DNA of 63,516 nt, counting the filler. It is 7 parts of 7 records of this genome, joined end to end, with 100 filler letters (N's around TTAATTAATTAA, not from the genome) between each part and the next. Parts side by side here need not be neighbours in the genome. Positions count along the whole stretch, not along the records: positions 1 to 8,413 come from DRR723986_9453; positions 8,514 to 27,413 come from DRR723986_9455; 5 more parts are not named here. One strand, given 5' to 3'. A program made the translations under genes and the position numbers. The notes beneath the pieces are model-generated. The model searched no databases and was not told the DNA's origin. It saw only the letters and a program-made list of their open reading frames with translations. Shown here one piece after another: positions 1 through 9,418 of this stretch (position 1 is its first letter; the number at the start of each line of letters is the position of its first letter).

Positions 1-1150
1 CCGCCGAGCCGCGCCCCTGGCACAGGATGTCCTGTGAACGGGCAAATTGCACGATGTCGTGGACCGTCAGAAAATAGGCCGGAAACCCCAATTCCTGCAC
101 CAGCCCGAGTTCTTTGGCCACCAGCGCGTGAACCCTGTCGGATGCACCTGCTGGATAGCGGCGCTTTAGCCCCTCGTGCACCAAACGCTCCAGCCGCACC
201 TGCGGGGTTTCGTGGTTTGTGCCCGCATCCGGGTATTCATACGACAGCTCTTGCAGATCAAAGCTGCATCTGTCGGCAATCTCTAACGTGCGCCGTAAGG
301 CCCCCGGGTATTCATAAAACACACGCGCCATGTCAGCGTGCCCTTTCAGGCGACGTTCAGCATTGGGCAAGGCCTGCGTTCCGATCTGATCAATCGTCGC
401 CCCCACACGCATACAGGTCAGCACATCGGCCAATTGCCGGCGGCTGGCCCTGTGCATCAATACATCCCCGACCGCCACCATGGGCGCGCATGTGGCTTGC
501 GCCAACCGCGCACAGGCCGCCAGATAGGCTTGGTCGCTGCCATCATAACGCGGGCATGCCCCGACGAAGACGTGGTTGGGAAACTGTTTTCGGACCCGCT
601 GGATATCAGGGACCGATGCCCGTAGCCCCTTTTGAGGCAAAGCAATCAGACTCATCCCGGCGCAATATTCCAACACGTCTTGCAGCGTCAGATCGCAGCC
701 CCCCTTTTTGGTGCGCCGCTTGCCCAGCGTCAGCAATCGGGTCAAACGTTGGTAGGCTGTGCGATCCCGTGGCAGGGCCACCCAATCGACCGTGCTGTCT
801 CGCAGCACAAGGCGGCATCCGACAATCAGACGTGGCAGGTGCGCATCGCTTGGTTTCGCAATCGGTTGCGGGTTTCCGACTTCCTGACGCGAACAGGAAT
901 CAACCCGGTGCTGAGATCGAATAGGCACTGCATCCTGCGCCTCGCGCCGCAGCTCTTTCAATGCGGACCAAGCGCGAACCACCCCCGCCAAAGAGTTTCG
1001 GTCCGTGATCGCAATCGCCGACAATCCCAGCTCAGCGGCACGGGTCACAAGTTCCTCGGGGTGCGAGGCCCCGGTGAGAAAGGTGAAATTGCTTGTCACG
1101 CACAGCTCGGCATATCCGGGGCTGTTGGTCTGGGGCGTAAGGGCAGTCAT
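1..1150 (-). CDS. dnaE2: Error-prone DNA polymerase III alpha subunit DnaE2/ImuC, N-terminal part (runs off window start)
   Basis: Manual translation from ATG at 1150: MTALTPQTNSPGYAELCVTSNFTFLTGASHPEELVTRAAELGLSAIAITDRNSLAGVVRAW...YFLTVHDIVQFARSQDILCQGRGSA. This is the PHP domain plus the CQGRGSA motif. ATGA overlap with the imuB stop. Absent from the ORF track because no stop lies in the window. Confidence 0.95.
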   Translation of the reverse strand, partial: MTALTPQTNSPGYAELCVTSNFTFLTGASHPEELVTRAAELGLSAIAITDRNSLAGVVRAWSALKELRREAQDAVPIRSQHRVDSCSRQEVGNPQPIAKPSDAHLPRLIVGCRLVLRDSTVDWVALPRDRTAYQRLTRLLTLGKRRTKKGGCDLTLQDVLEYCAGMSLIALPQKGLRASVPDIQRVRKQFPNHVFVGACPRYDGSDQAYLAACARLAQATCAPMVAVGDVLMHRASRRQLADVLTCMRVGATIDQIGTQALPNAERRLKGHADMARVFYEYPGALRRTLEIADRCSFDLQELSYEYPDAGTNHETPQVRLERLVHEGLKRRYPAGASDRVHALVAKELGLVQELGFPAYFLTVHDIVQFARSQDILCQGRGSA

Positions 1151-2625
1151 GCGAATTCCCCTTGCACAAACCATCCCGGGTTCTGCGGCGTGTAATAGAG
1201 CCACAGCCGCCGCCCCTGCCGCGTCTGCACGTGCCAATAATCCCGCACCCCCGATCGCCAGCTGTCATCTTCGAGCCACCATTCTGGCGCGATGCGTTCC
1301 GGCCCGATGGTCCGGGCCGTGGTCATCGCCATCCGTCGCCACCGAAACCGCGCCGGTGGGCGGGGGCCAGTCCCGGCGATGGCTTCGGGTGGGAAAAGCC
1401 GCACAGGGCGCGGGCGCGGCACGCTCCACCCCCCTTCGGGGTCGGAATAGGCCGCCGGAGCAATCACAAAGCTGCGTTCGGGGATATGGCTGTCTGCGGG
1501 TAAGAAACGTTGGATATTTTCCAATCCGATGCGGGTCCCGATCCGGGTGATCAGGTCATCCAACAGATCCTTACCACCGGTGGAGACGTGGCTCATCTGG
1601 CGCACAGGCAGCGCGTCCACCTGCGTGGCCTCAAGACGCAGCTGATCAATGCCAAATCCGGCTTCGACCGTATTTACGCCCCGTTCAAACAGCGGCAAAA
1701 TCCGACTTGGATCCCGCAAAGGGCGGGCAAGGCGCAATTCGACCTGTTGGTGGTCCTGATCGACCCGGCGCAGGGTCAGGCATAACAACCGTGCGCCCAT
1801 TTCCTGTGCCTTCAGCTTTTTGCACAGCTGGACCAACAACCGCTCAGTTCCCGCCATCACATCCGTCACCAACCCGATGGGCTCGGGCAAGGTCATGCGC
1901 ACCCCATAATGCGGAGGCAGCGTCAGCGGTGTGATCTCTTCGGGGTGTGCGCCCAGCGCCTGATCCAGCCGCAAAAGCAAACCGGGGCCAAACCGTCGGG
2001 TCAGGGGCGCGCGCGGGGCCGCCGCCAGATCCGCAATTTTACGCAACCCCAAGCGCTGTAGCGCAATGCTGGTCTTTTCCTCTAGGCGCAGGGCGGCCAC
2101 CGGTAGCTTTGACAAAGCCCCCAACATATTGCCCGATTCCGCCACCCCTTCGCCATAGTGCGCCAAGGCCCAAGCGGCGCCGCGTGTATCACCGAGCCCG
2201 ATCTGCACCGAGATCCCAGCCCGTGTCATCCGCGCCCGCATATCCGCCAGCATGGCCCCCTCGCCGCCAAAAATATGCGCTGATCCGGTGATGTCCAGCA
2301 CCAGCCCATCCGTCCCCTCGAGCCCCACCCAAGGACAATACCGCGTGGCCCACCGCCGCAGCACATGCAAAAACTGCAAATCCTGTGCGGGATCGGCAGG
2401 GCCACTTTGCAGATCCGGGCAAAAAGCGCGCGCATCCGCATAGGGCATTCCGCGCTGCAAATTCTGCCATTCTGCTTGGGCATTCAGACAATAAAGACGG
2501 TTCGCATTGTTTTGCTTGAGGGTCAGCGCAAACGGCCCATCAATCGGGCGAATCCTGAGAACCCGCTCGCTCGCCAACCGGGGAAACCATACGGAGATGA
2601 CGCGACGCTGTATCCCATCGAACAT
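1147..2625 (-). CDS. imuB: Y-family polymerase-like protein ImuB
   Basis: 492 aa with WATRYCPWV, LVLDITGSAHIFGGE, and C-terminal GPERIAPEWW...RDYW...WFVQGEFA typical of ImuB; lies between imuA and dnaE2. Confidence 0.93.
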   Translation of the reverse strand: MFDGIQRRVISVWFPRLASERVLRIRPIDGPFALTLKQNNANRLYCLNAQAEWQNLQRGMPYADARAFCPDLQSGPADPAQDLQFLHVLRRWATRYCPWVGLEGTDGLVLDITGSAHIFGGEGAMLADMRARMTRAGISVQIGLGDTRGAAWALAHYGEGVAESGNMLGALSKLPVAALRLEEKTSIALQRLGLRKIADLAAAPRAPLTRRFGPGLLLRLDQALGAHPEEITPLTLPPHYGVRMTLPEPIGLVTDVMAGTERLLVQLCKKLKAQEMGARLLCLTLRRVDQDHQQVELRLARPLRDPSRILPLFERGVNTVEAGFGIDQLRLEATQVDALPVRQMSHVSTGGKDLLDDLITRIGTRIGLENIQRFLPADSHIPERSFVIAPAAYSDPEGGWSVPRPRPVRLFPPEAIAGTGPRPPARFRWRRMAMTTARTIGPERIAPEWWLEDDSWRSGVRDYWHVQTRQGRRLWLYYTPQNPGWFVQGEFA

Positions 2626-3121
2626 ACCAAGCTCCCAATGTTCCTGATTTGTTCTTTATAAGTTTCCAACATTGCAGAGTCGAGTCATCCTGATCAAATA
2701 CTGGCGTGCACTGCCAGCGGGTTTCGGCTGCGTTGCTTCCCATATCCTGGGGGATAATCACCAAGGCGGTGGACTTTCCATCCCGCGCAGCCAATTGCAA
2801 CCGACGCCCTGCGGTCAGACCCAAAGGCTTGTTTATTTCCGCAATAACAAGCGACACAGCCCCCGAACGCAGCGCCTCTTCGGCGACCGCTAGAACCTCT
2901 GTCTGGTCGTTTGCGGTTGAGACCAAAAGTGCCTGCGGGTCGACAAATTCCCCAAATCCTGTGGGATTTATCTGCTCAGACAGCCAACTTTCGCGCACCC
3001 ACAAGATTTGCCCCCCCATCTGACCCGCCAGCGTAAAGGCAAAGAAATACGCACCCGCACCGCACACTTCGTGTGCTCGGCCATTGGGTGGTGGAAAGAA
3101 TGGGATCTGTTGCGGTGTCAT
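2540..3121 (-). CDS. imuA: ImuA (RecA/SulA-like mutagenesis protein)
   Basis: RAHEVCG, AEEALRSGAV, TAGRRLQLAA, AAETRW motifs. Start placed at ATG 3121; the ORF track extends to 3172. Confidence 0.85.
   Translation of the reverse strand: MTPQQIPFFPPPNGRAHEVCGAGAYFFAFTLAGQMGGQILWVRESWLSEQINPTGFGEFVDPQALLVSTANDQTEVLAVAEEALRSGAVSLVIAEINKPLGLTAGRRLQLAARDGKSTALVIIPQDMGSNAAETRWQCTPVFDQDDSTLQCWKLIKNKSGTLGAWYVRWDTASRHLRMVSPVGERAGSQDSPD
2640..2654. promoter_or_regulatory. Alphaproteobacterial LexA (SOS) box GTTC-N7-GTTC inside the imuA 3' end, just upstream of the imuB start
   Basis: GTTC CTGATTT GTTC; the minus strand reads AAGAACAAATCAGGAACAT. Confidence 0.75.
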
Positions 3122-3275
3122 CGTTACTTTGTAGCGCAAAGGCAGAGACCGTGAAAACGTCGAATTTTCCACCGAGGCAGAAGTGGATCATGCATTGTGT
3201 TAACGGATGCTGATCCTCTGCTCGCCCCACGCCGAAAAAATTCAGTGCTTCTAACTTTGATTGCGGGGTGGGGTG

Positions 3276-3653
3276 CTACCAGCTCTGTCCCAGCAAACCG
3301 AGCACAGGCTGTCTGATCTGCCAGCCGACATACAGCGACAGAACCAGTGTGATCATTGCGGGGATTCCTTGTTTCCACGTGTCAAAGATCAAATGACATC
3401 CAATGGCCCCGACGGATATTCCAACCAGTGCCAACGCTCCCAGAAATCCGAACGGGGTGGTCGAGAACCAGATTGCCGTGGCGCCAAAGAGCTCAACGAT
3501 ACCGACAAACCGCATGATGCTTCGGTTTAGGCCGTAGCTTTTGAACATCTCAAGCTGAACCTGGAAAATTTTGTCCTGCCAACCAAAGATCTTGATTGAA
3601 CTGGCAAACAGGAAAAAGGTCGACACCAGACCAGTTGCAATAGTGATACTCAT
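3276..3653 (-). CDS. DoxX-like membrane protein
   Basis: 125 aa, four hydrophobic segments, FASSIK, VGIVELFGA and GAIGCHL patterns; ATGA overlap with the AraC gene stop. Confidence 0.75.
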   Translation of the reverse strand: MSITIATGLVSTFFLFASSIKIFGWQDKIFQVQLEMFKSYGLNRSIMRFVGIVELFGATAIWFSTTPFGFLGALALVGISVGAIGCHLIFDTWKQGIPAMITLVLSLYVGWQIRQPVLGLLGQSW

Positions 3654-4663
3654 TGATCGCTTCCTTGCTGCGCGCGGTATTGGGACGGGGCAACGCCCGT
3701 GATTTTCTTGAACGCCCGGGTAAAAGCGGTTGCATCAGAATACCCAAGACTAAGCGCAATATCCCGGATTGGCTGATCAGTTCCCCTCAGCCTTTCCTTA
3801 GCCGCATTGTGCTTGAGCTCCCTTAGGACAGCATCAATGGTTGTGCCACGGGTCGCCAACCGTCGCGTCAGGGAAGATTTGGAAAAACCACAAAGCTTTG
3901 CGGCACGGGTAACTGATAGATCCGGTTCGCCTATGTGAACGTTGAGTATGGCCCGGATCGCTTCGATGAAATTCGGGGCTGGCAAGTGATCAAGCTCTTC
4001 TCCCATAGGTCGATGATCAGGGGCAGCATCCGAAACCAACGGCAAGGATAGCCACGCAGCCGGAAACTGAACCGAAAACCCCTTGCCATCGTTTCGGATC
4101 GGAGCAAGCCCGTGGAAATTGGTCGGCAGCAGTTTGGGATCACACAGCAGAACCGCCACTCTGGACGGGTCCCAACGATAATCGACTTTCTGGTGTAGGA
4201 AATTCACCCAAAGCCCCACCATGAATGCATCACTATGGGCCGGAGAGGCATCAGGCACAAACTGACGACGAGCCCCGAAGCGCGCGATTGAATCTTCGAT
4301 CAAGAGGCTTTGTGAAATGGATGTCGTATCGCTGGAGACGGCCTGGGTGAAGCGGATTAGGAAATCCCCAATTGTAGTGGCATCCCGAAGGTGGTTTCCA
4401 AAAGCCAACATCTTTGTCAAATCGACCCTTGATCCTAGCGTTGCGCAAAATCTTGGATCACCGGCCAGCTCAGCAGAGTCTGCGTAGATGCGGTAAACGG
4501 TGTTGTTGTGAACGTAGTGACCGGGGTCCCAAAGAGACGTTTCGGAAAGGTCATACTTCTCAAGCAAGGTAATGGTTTCAATACCCAGTTCCGCCAATCC
4601 GCGCAGAATAGGCAACAGGATTGTTCCGCGAACCATTGGTAGAGAGTTTTGCGTTTTGCCCAC
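3650..4663 (-). CDS. AraC-family transcriptional regulator
   Basis: C-terminal double HTH: SKSSLTRRL...IRDIALSLGYSDATAFTRAFKKITGVAPSQYR. Confidence 0.9.
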   Translation of the reverse strand: MGKTQNSLPMVRGTILLPILRGLAELGIETITLLEKYDLSETSLWDPGHYVHNNTVYRIYADSAELAGDPRFCATLGSRVDLTKMLAFGNHLRDATTIGDFLIRFTQAVSSDTTSISQSLLIEDSIARFGARRQFVPDASPAHSDAFMVGLWVNFLHQKVDYRWDPSRVAVLLCDPKLLPTNFHGLAPIRNDGKGFSVQFPAAWLSLPLVSDAAPDHRPMGEELDHLPAPNFIEAIRAILNVHIGEPDLSVTRAAKLCGFSKSSLTRRLATRGTTIDAVLRELKHNAAKERLRGTDQPIRDIALSLGYSDATAFTRAFKKITGVAPSQYRAQQGSDQ

Positions 4664-4863
4664 CGGTTTCTCCGCTTTAGGGTCCTAACTTCATGACAGT
4701 GATCACCGAAAACGTGAAGTCCCACGGCAATACGGCCTGACATTTCAGAACAAAATACGGCGCGACGCGCTTTAAAATGTCACCATGAATTTCTGGAAAG
4801 TCGGCATTCTGTCCAAACACACAATTTCGACTCGTGTTTTATCTGACAATCGGGAGATCCTTA

Positions 4864-6072
4864 ATGAGGCGCCTGAAAAACCCAACACTTGCAGCCTTTG
4901 TTGCGACTGTGTCCGTTCTATCTGGTGTCTTGTCTGCTGCGGCGCAGGACGCTCCGATGCCGGTCCTTTTGACCAACGTGAATGTTTGGGATGGCGAAAG
5001 CGATAGCTTGATGAAAAACGCCAATGTGGTCGTGACAGGAAACATGATCACCGGCGTTTCAGCAGCCCCGATGGCCGTTGCCAATGCCCAGATCATTGAC
5101 GGCGGTTTTGCAATTGGCCCTCGGATTTACCACGCTGGCGCTGTGATCAGCCAGACTTCCGGGCATGGAGATTGGAGGCTGAAGGATCAAAACACGCTCG
5201 AAAGCCGGAACACCGGCAAAGTCGCGCAGCTTGGTCTGACATATGTCGTTGATGGGCACGATGCGTCGCTGAGTGCCGCCCGACAGAACCTCGCAAACGG
5301 GGCTGTGTTGAACAAGATGATGATGAGCGGCGGCGTTTTCTCATCAAGGGACGGCTTGCATACGATACAGGCCATCGATGAAGAAGTGACAGCCATCGTC
5401 CGAGCTTCAAATGATTGGGGCACCTACGCGACAGCGCATGTGAACAATCCACCCGATATTCAACGCGGCCTGCGCCACGGCCTGGGAGAGATCATGGATG
5501 GGCAGTTTCTGGATGAGGAAACAGCAGCAATGATGGTCGACGCAGGCGTGTTCAATAATCCGCAGCTCTCGGTTTTTTCTCTCGAAGCAATCGAGCACAC
5601 GTTTGGACCCGAGCCGTCAGTTAACAAGGCCAAGTCATTGCTTGTTGCTCAGGGTATGGCATGGATTCCGGATATTCTTTTGAAGTTTCCCAAGCTTTTG
5701 GAAAAGACCACCTTTGGCGTAGATACCATCACAGTTACACCAGCGAACGCGATCCGTAACCGTGATCACGAGATCTGGTTCTGGGCGGACAAGCTTGACA
5801 CTTTGCAAACCTTAAAATCGATGACGTCAATTGGTGGAGACCTAGCAGCCCTGACTGGCGGCCAAAACCTTTACCCAGACGGCGCGCTTGGTGTGATCAA
5901 ACAAGGCGCATATGCCGACATCCTGCTCATTGATGGCAACCCACTAGAGGACATCACGCTAATCGGTGGCAGCAAAGAACTGTTCGATGCACCAGACCGT
6001 AAACCCGGAGAGATCCCCGCGATAGATCTGATCATGAAAGAGGGTGTGATTTACAAGAACACGCTCACCTGA
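4864..6072 (+). pseudogene. Secreted amidohydrolase paralog with ~70-aa in-frame deletion of the HxH metal-binding region (probably inactive or degenerate)
   Basis: Signal peptide, LTNVNVWDG, GPRIY, QTSGHGD and YADILLIDGNPL are present, but IIDG joins directly to GFAIGPRIY. The PGLIDxHxH and TTVRD segments seen in the downstream paralog are missing. The reading frame stays open. Confidence 0.65.
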
Positions 6073-6151
6073 GCGTAGCGCGGGGTGATGTTCCGCAATT
6101 TTACCCTCGGTACCCCGCGCATCCATCCGGCTCATAAGAGGAAGAAAAGTT

Positions 6152-7552
6152 ATGGAAAACCAGTTAATACCAACAAGAGTAAGAATTTTCGGAACAGTAA
6201 TTGCTGCGGCCGTGTTTTCTACAAACGTTGCGTTTGCACAAGACGCTCCGATACAAACGCTTTTCACCAATGTTAATGTCTTTGACGGTGTGCACGACGC
6301 TCTCATAGAGAACGCCAATGTTCTCGTCGAAGGCAACCTCATCACTGCCGTTTCCACTGAGCCTTTGGCGGTAGCAAATGCGGTCATAATCGATGGCGAT
6401 GGTGGTACGTTGATGCCAGGATTAATCGACAGCCACGTTCATTTGAATATGTATAAGGATGGCACGCTCGTCGATCTACAAAACTCAACATGGGAAGATA
6501 TTGGGGCACGTGCAGCCGCCATGGCAAAGGAAATGCTGGCCATGGGGTTCACAACGGTCAGAGACATGTGTGGTGCCCACAGTGGACTGAAAGGCGTTGT
6601 TGATTCAGGGCTTCTTGAAGGTCCACGCATCTATCTGGCGGGGGCGTGCCTCTCGCAGACGGGCGGTCATGGCGATTGGGGTATTGCCGGGCAACGTAAA
6701 GGGGAGAGCAACCTCGAAAGACTGGAGACTACACGGCTCGTTGACGGTCGTGCAGAAATGCTTGCCGGCGGGCGCAGAAACTTTTCCCTCGGCGCACACT
6801 ACCTCAAAATTATGGTCAGCGGCGGCGTCACATCAACCAAGGACCCGATCTACCAATCCGGTTTCAGCGATGATGAAATCAGCGCGGCGGTCGAAACTGC
6901 TGCCGACTATGACACCTATGTCGCGATGCATGTTTTTCAGGATTCGGATTTAAGCCGCGCCTTAGATTTGGGCGTGAAAGTCGTCGATCATGGTTTGAAT
7001 ATCTCTGAGAAGACAATGCAAAAATTGGTAGAGAAAGAAGCCTTTTTCTCGCCTAACCTAACTGCCCTGTCCGAAGCTGCAATAGATCACCCGATGCACC
7101 AGGATCCTACTTTTCCACCCACTGAGAAATTCATGCGATTGCGCGCAGAAAGTGAGCAATTGTTCAATTTGATCAAGAAGTACCAACCAAAACTCGTGTT
7201 TGATTCTGACTATGTTCTTCTAACCGGAGTACCGTACCGCCAGTCGATGGATTTCACTAAGTATTTTATGGCGGAAACCTTCGGAAATTTCGAAGCACTC
7301 AAGTCACTAACATCGACTGGTGGCGAGCTGGCAGCGCTCACGGGACGCGGCAATCCTTATCCTGAAAAGCTGGGCGTAATCGAAGTTGGTGCATACGCAG
7401 ACATTCTGATCGTAAACGGGAACCCGCTAGATGATATCACTGCAATCGGAGCCAACGAGCAATGGTTTGACGCACCAGAGCGCGGGCAAGACGTACCTAG
7501 TATTCAACTAATTATGAAAGATGGCAGGATTTACAAGAATACGCTGGATTAA
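6152..7552 (+). CDS. Secreted metal-dependent amidohydrolase (prolidase-like subgroup)
   Basis: Signal peptide (AFA-QD), LMPGLIDSHVH, GFTTVRD, GPRIY, QTGGHGD, KIMVSGG, AMHV, VDHG, YADILIVNGNPL. Confidence 0.9.
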   Translation: MENQLIPTRVRIFGTVIAAAVFSTNVAFAQDAPIQTLFTNVNVFDGVHDALIENANVLVEGNLITAVSTEPLAVANAVIIDGDGGTLMPGLIDSHVHLNMYKDGTLVDLQNSTWEDIGARAAAMAKEMLAMGFTTVRDMCGAHSGLKGVVDSGLLEGPRIYLAGACLSQTGGHGDWGIAGQRKGESNLERLETTRLVDGRAEMLAGGRRNFSLGAHYLKIMVSGGVTSTKDPIYQSGFSDDEISAAVETAADYDTYVAMHVFQDSDLSRALDLGVKVVDHGLNISEKTMQKLVEKEAFFSPNLTALSEAAIDHPMHQDPTFPPTEKFMRLRAESEQLFNLIKKYQPKLVFDSDYVLLTGVPYRQSMDFTKYFMAETFGNFEALKSLTSTGGELAALTGRGNPYPEKLGVIEVGAYADILIVNGNPLDDITAIGANEQWFDAPERGQDVPSIQLIMKDGRIYKNTLD

Positions 7553-8363
7553 GCCTTGCTCGTTTGGCGCGTGTGTCATGTCTTCCAATTCAAGGGAGAA
7601 TCCTGATGAGGGGGGCTAATATGCGCCACCGCTGCACTTTGGTTCACAGGATCAGCGACGGTTGATTTCTGGGTCAGACGTAGTTTTGGAAACATTGGGA
7701 GGACAGAGACCGAGTGTTTCCTATCCCTAAATAAGGTGTTCTCGCGCATCTTGGCGAATTCTGCCATCTCATTTCATGCGGACCAGCGGGATAAGCAGAG
7801 AGGCGGCGACATCCTAACGCCGAAGTTTCTAACTCGTTGATTGCACTGGAGCTGGCGACAGCAGGGGCGTGTTGCGGGCTGTGACGATATGAATTTGGAC
7901 CGGATCGAAACCGAACACTTTGAAATCTGTGAATTCAGTGCCCCATGCGGCTCGAAATCGGCATCATACGACGGCGTGCGCAGATCCTGTCTCAGTATCA
8001 GGAAGAAATCGAGGCCTTGCTGAGAAGCAATTACACAGCTTTGGTCACCAAATTGGGCTCAAATCGGCACATCCGCGTGTGCCGTGAATGACCGATCTAG
8101 AGAAACAGCGTTGCAGCGTTGATCAACGCGTCCCAACCTCCTCCGGGCCGGTTTCTCCACAGGCGGCAGACATTCCAGTACAGGAAATCAGTGAGCTGAA
8201 GCGTGCCATTGAGGATGCGCACGACACACTTGTTCAAAGGATGGAGACGACCACCCTGAAGGGTTCCCCACCAAGGGTTGCAGGTAATAAGATGTCGAAA
8301 GAGTGTCTGGCTTTGAACCGGAAATCACAGAGTAATATATTGTTTTACTTGATTTTCAGACCA

Positions 8364-8392
8364 CCGCCACTTTCTATATTAGAAAGTGGCGG
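8364..8392. repeat. 13-bp perfect inverted repeat overlapping the tRNA CCA end
   Basis: CCGCCACTTTCTA-TAT-TAGAAAGTGGCGG. Confidence 0.8.
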
Positions 8393-8413
8393 ACCGAGGA
8401 GGATTCGAACCCC
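8387..8413 (-). tRNA. tRNA 3' fragment (T-arm and acceptor end; probably tRNA-Arg), cut by contig end
   Basis: Minus strand GGGGTTCGAATCCTCCTCGGTCCGCCA has the GTTCGAATC T-loop and CCA end. The anticodon is not present; identity is from recollection of Rhodobacterales tRNA-Arg(ACG). Confidence 0.8.
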
Positions 8414-8513
8414 NNNNNNNNNNNNNNNNNNNNNNNNNNNNNNNNNNNNNNNNNNNNTTAATTAATTAANNNNNNNNNNNNNNNNNNNNNNNNNNNNNNN
8501 NNNNNNNNNNNNN
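8414..8513. other. Artificial contig spacer (N-run with TTAATTAATTAA linker)
   Basis: 100 nt; the same structure recurs six times in the window. Confidence 0.98.
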
Positions 8514-8550
8514 TAAAAGTCAGTTGCTCTACCAGCTGAGCTATCGGCTC
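8514..8550 (-). tRNA. tRNA-Lys(UUU) 5' half, cut by contig end
   Basis: Minus strand GAGCCGATAGCTCAGCTGGTAGAGCAACTGACTTTTA: D-arm TAGCTCAGCTGGTAGAGC and anticodon loop CT-TTT-A. Confidence 0.88.
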
Positions 8551-8921
8551 TCACCAATTTCCGAAGCGGTTCAGTGCGTTGTTGCAGCGCCACCGCGTTG
8601 GTGGCGTGTGTTTAGGCCGACCTTGAGGACAATGCAAGAGGCAAAATCGATTTTTTCAACAGGGTAGCAAAAAACAGCGTTGTTCAATGGTCACTGTTGA
8701 AAACACACCACCAAATTCGGGAAATGGTGAATTCTCGCACATGTTATTAGCAACAACGCTCCTTCGATTGATAGTATTATCAAGTACAGTAGATTTTACT
8801 CTTTTTAACTCTAGTTGCTAATTTTTGCTTCTAAGAAAATAACGATCATTCTCCTGCGAAAACTGTCAGGTAGCGCAATAAAGCTATGTGAGGTAACGTT
8901 ATCAGGCACATGAGAGGTTAC

Positions 8922-9215
8922 ATGCACACAACGACAATCGACACCCACACGAGCTCCGTCGAGTTCGATTTCGTGAAAGGGCACATCGCTGCGACGATGA
9001 CGCTGATTCACGGATTGATCGACCAGGGCTTGATCGACCGGGAACGGCTCGACCTGTTTTTCGCGTCGTTTATCGGAGATCTACCGCATAGCCGGGAAAC
9101 GCTCGGCTTGCGTCTCATCCTTGACCAGTGGCGGCAGGGCCTTCGCGACGGTGATGCTGAAGAAGAGCTAAAGGGGAAGCTCTTTGAGGTAATCCGGGGA
9201 GGGCGAAACAACTGA
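8922..9215 (+). CDS. Small hypothetical protein (~97 aa)
   Basis: GAGG upstream of ATG 8922, AT-rich upstream region, helical composition, ends FEVIRGGRNN. Confidence 0.6.
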   Translation: MHTTTIDTHTSSVEFDFVKGHIAATMTLIHGLIDQGLIDRERLDLFFASFIGDLPHSRETLGLRLILDQWRQGLRDGDAEEELKGKLFEVIRGGRNN

Positions 9216-9418
9216 CGCTGTCTGGAGTATGGCCGGTCCAAGGGGTTGGGGACCGTGGCATATTCTCGTCCGTAGCATATGTTCAATCGAAATTTGTTCT
9301 GATCAGAAATTTTTTCAAACTGTTTGCGCTATCGGTCCGGTCATGGACTCGGTAACTTGTGATTGAACCGATCGTCCCGAACTGGCGTTGACGCGTCGCC
9401 TTTGCTATCCCTTCGACA

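Noticed and set aside
34-1195. Plus-strand ORFs 34-924 and 632-1195
   Set aside because: Antisense to the clear dnaE2 frame.
6078-6120. 9-bp inverted repeat between the two amidohydrolase genes
   Set aside because: Large loop and no T-tail; insufficient support for a terminator or element.
8458-8469. TTAATTAATTAA recurring six times as a possible repeat or CtrA site
   Set aside because: Always embedded in N-runs; an artificial stop linker.
8387-8550. Two tRNA halves flanking a spacer as one split or interrupted tRNA
   Set aside because: They are on different contigs, and the acceptor strands (5' GAGCCGA vs 3' TCGGTCC) do not pair as one cognate stem.
9281-9299. GTTC...GTTC upstream of the TAXI gene as a LexA box
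   Set aside because: Spacer is 11 nt, not 7.
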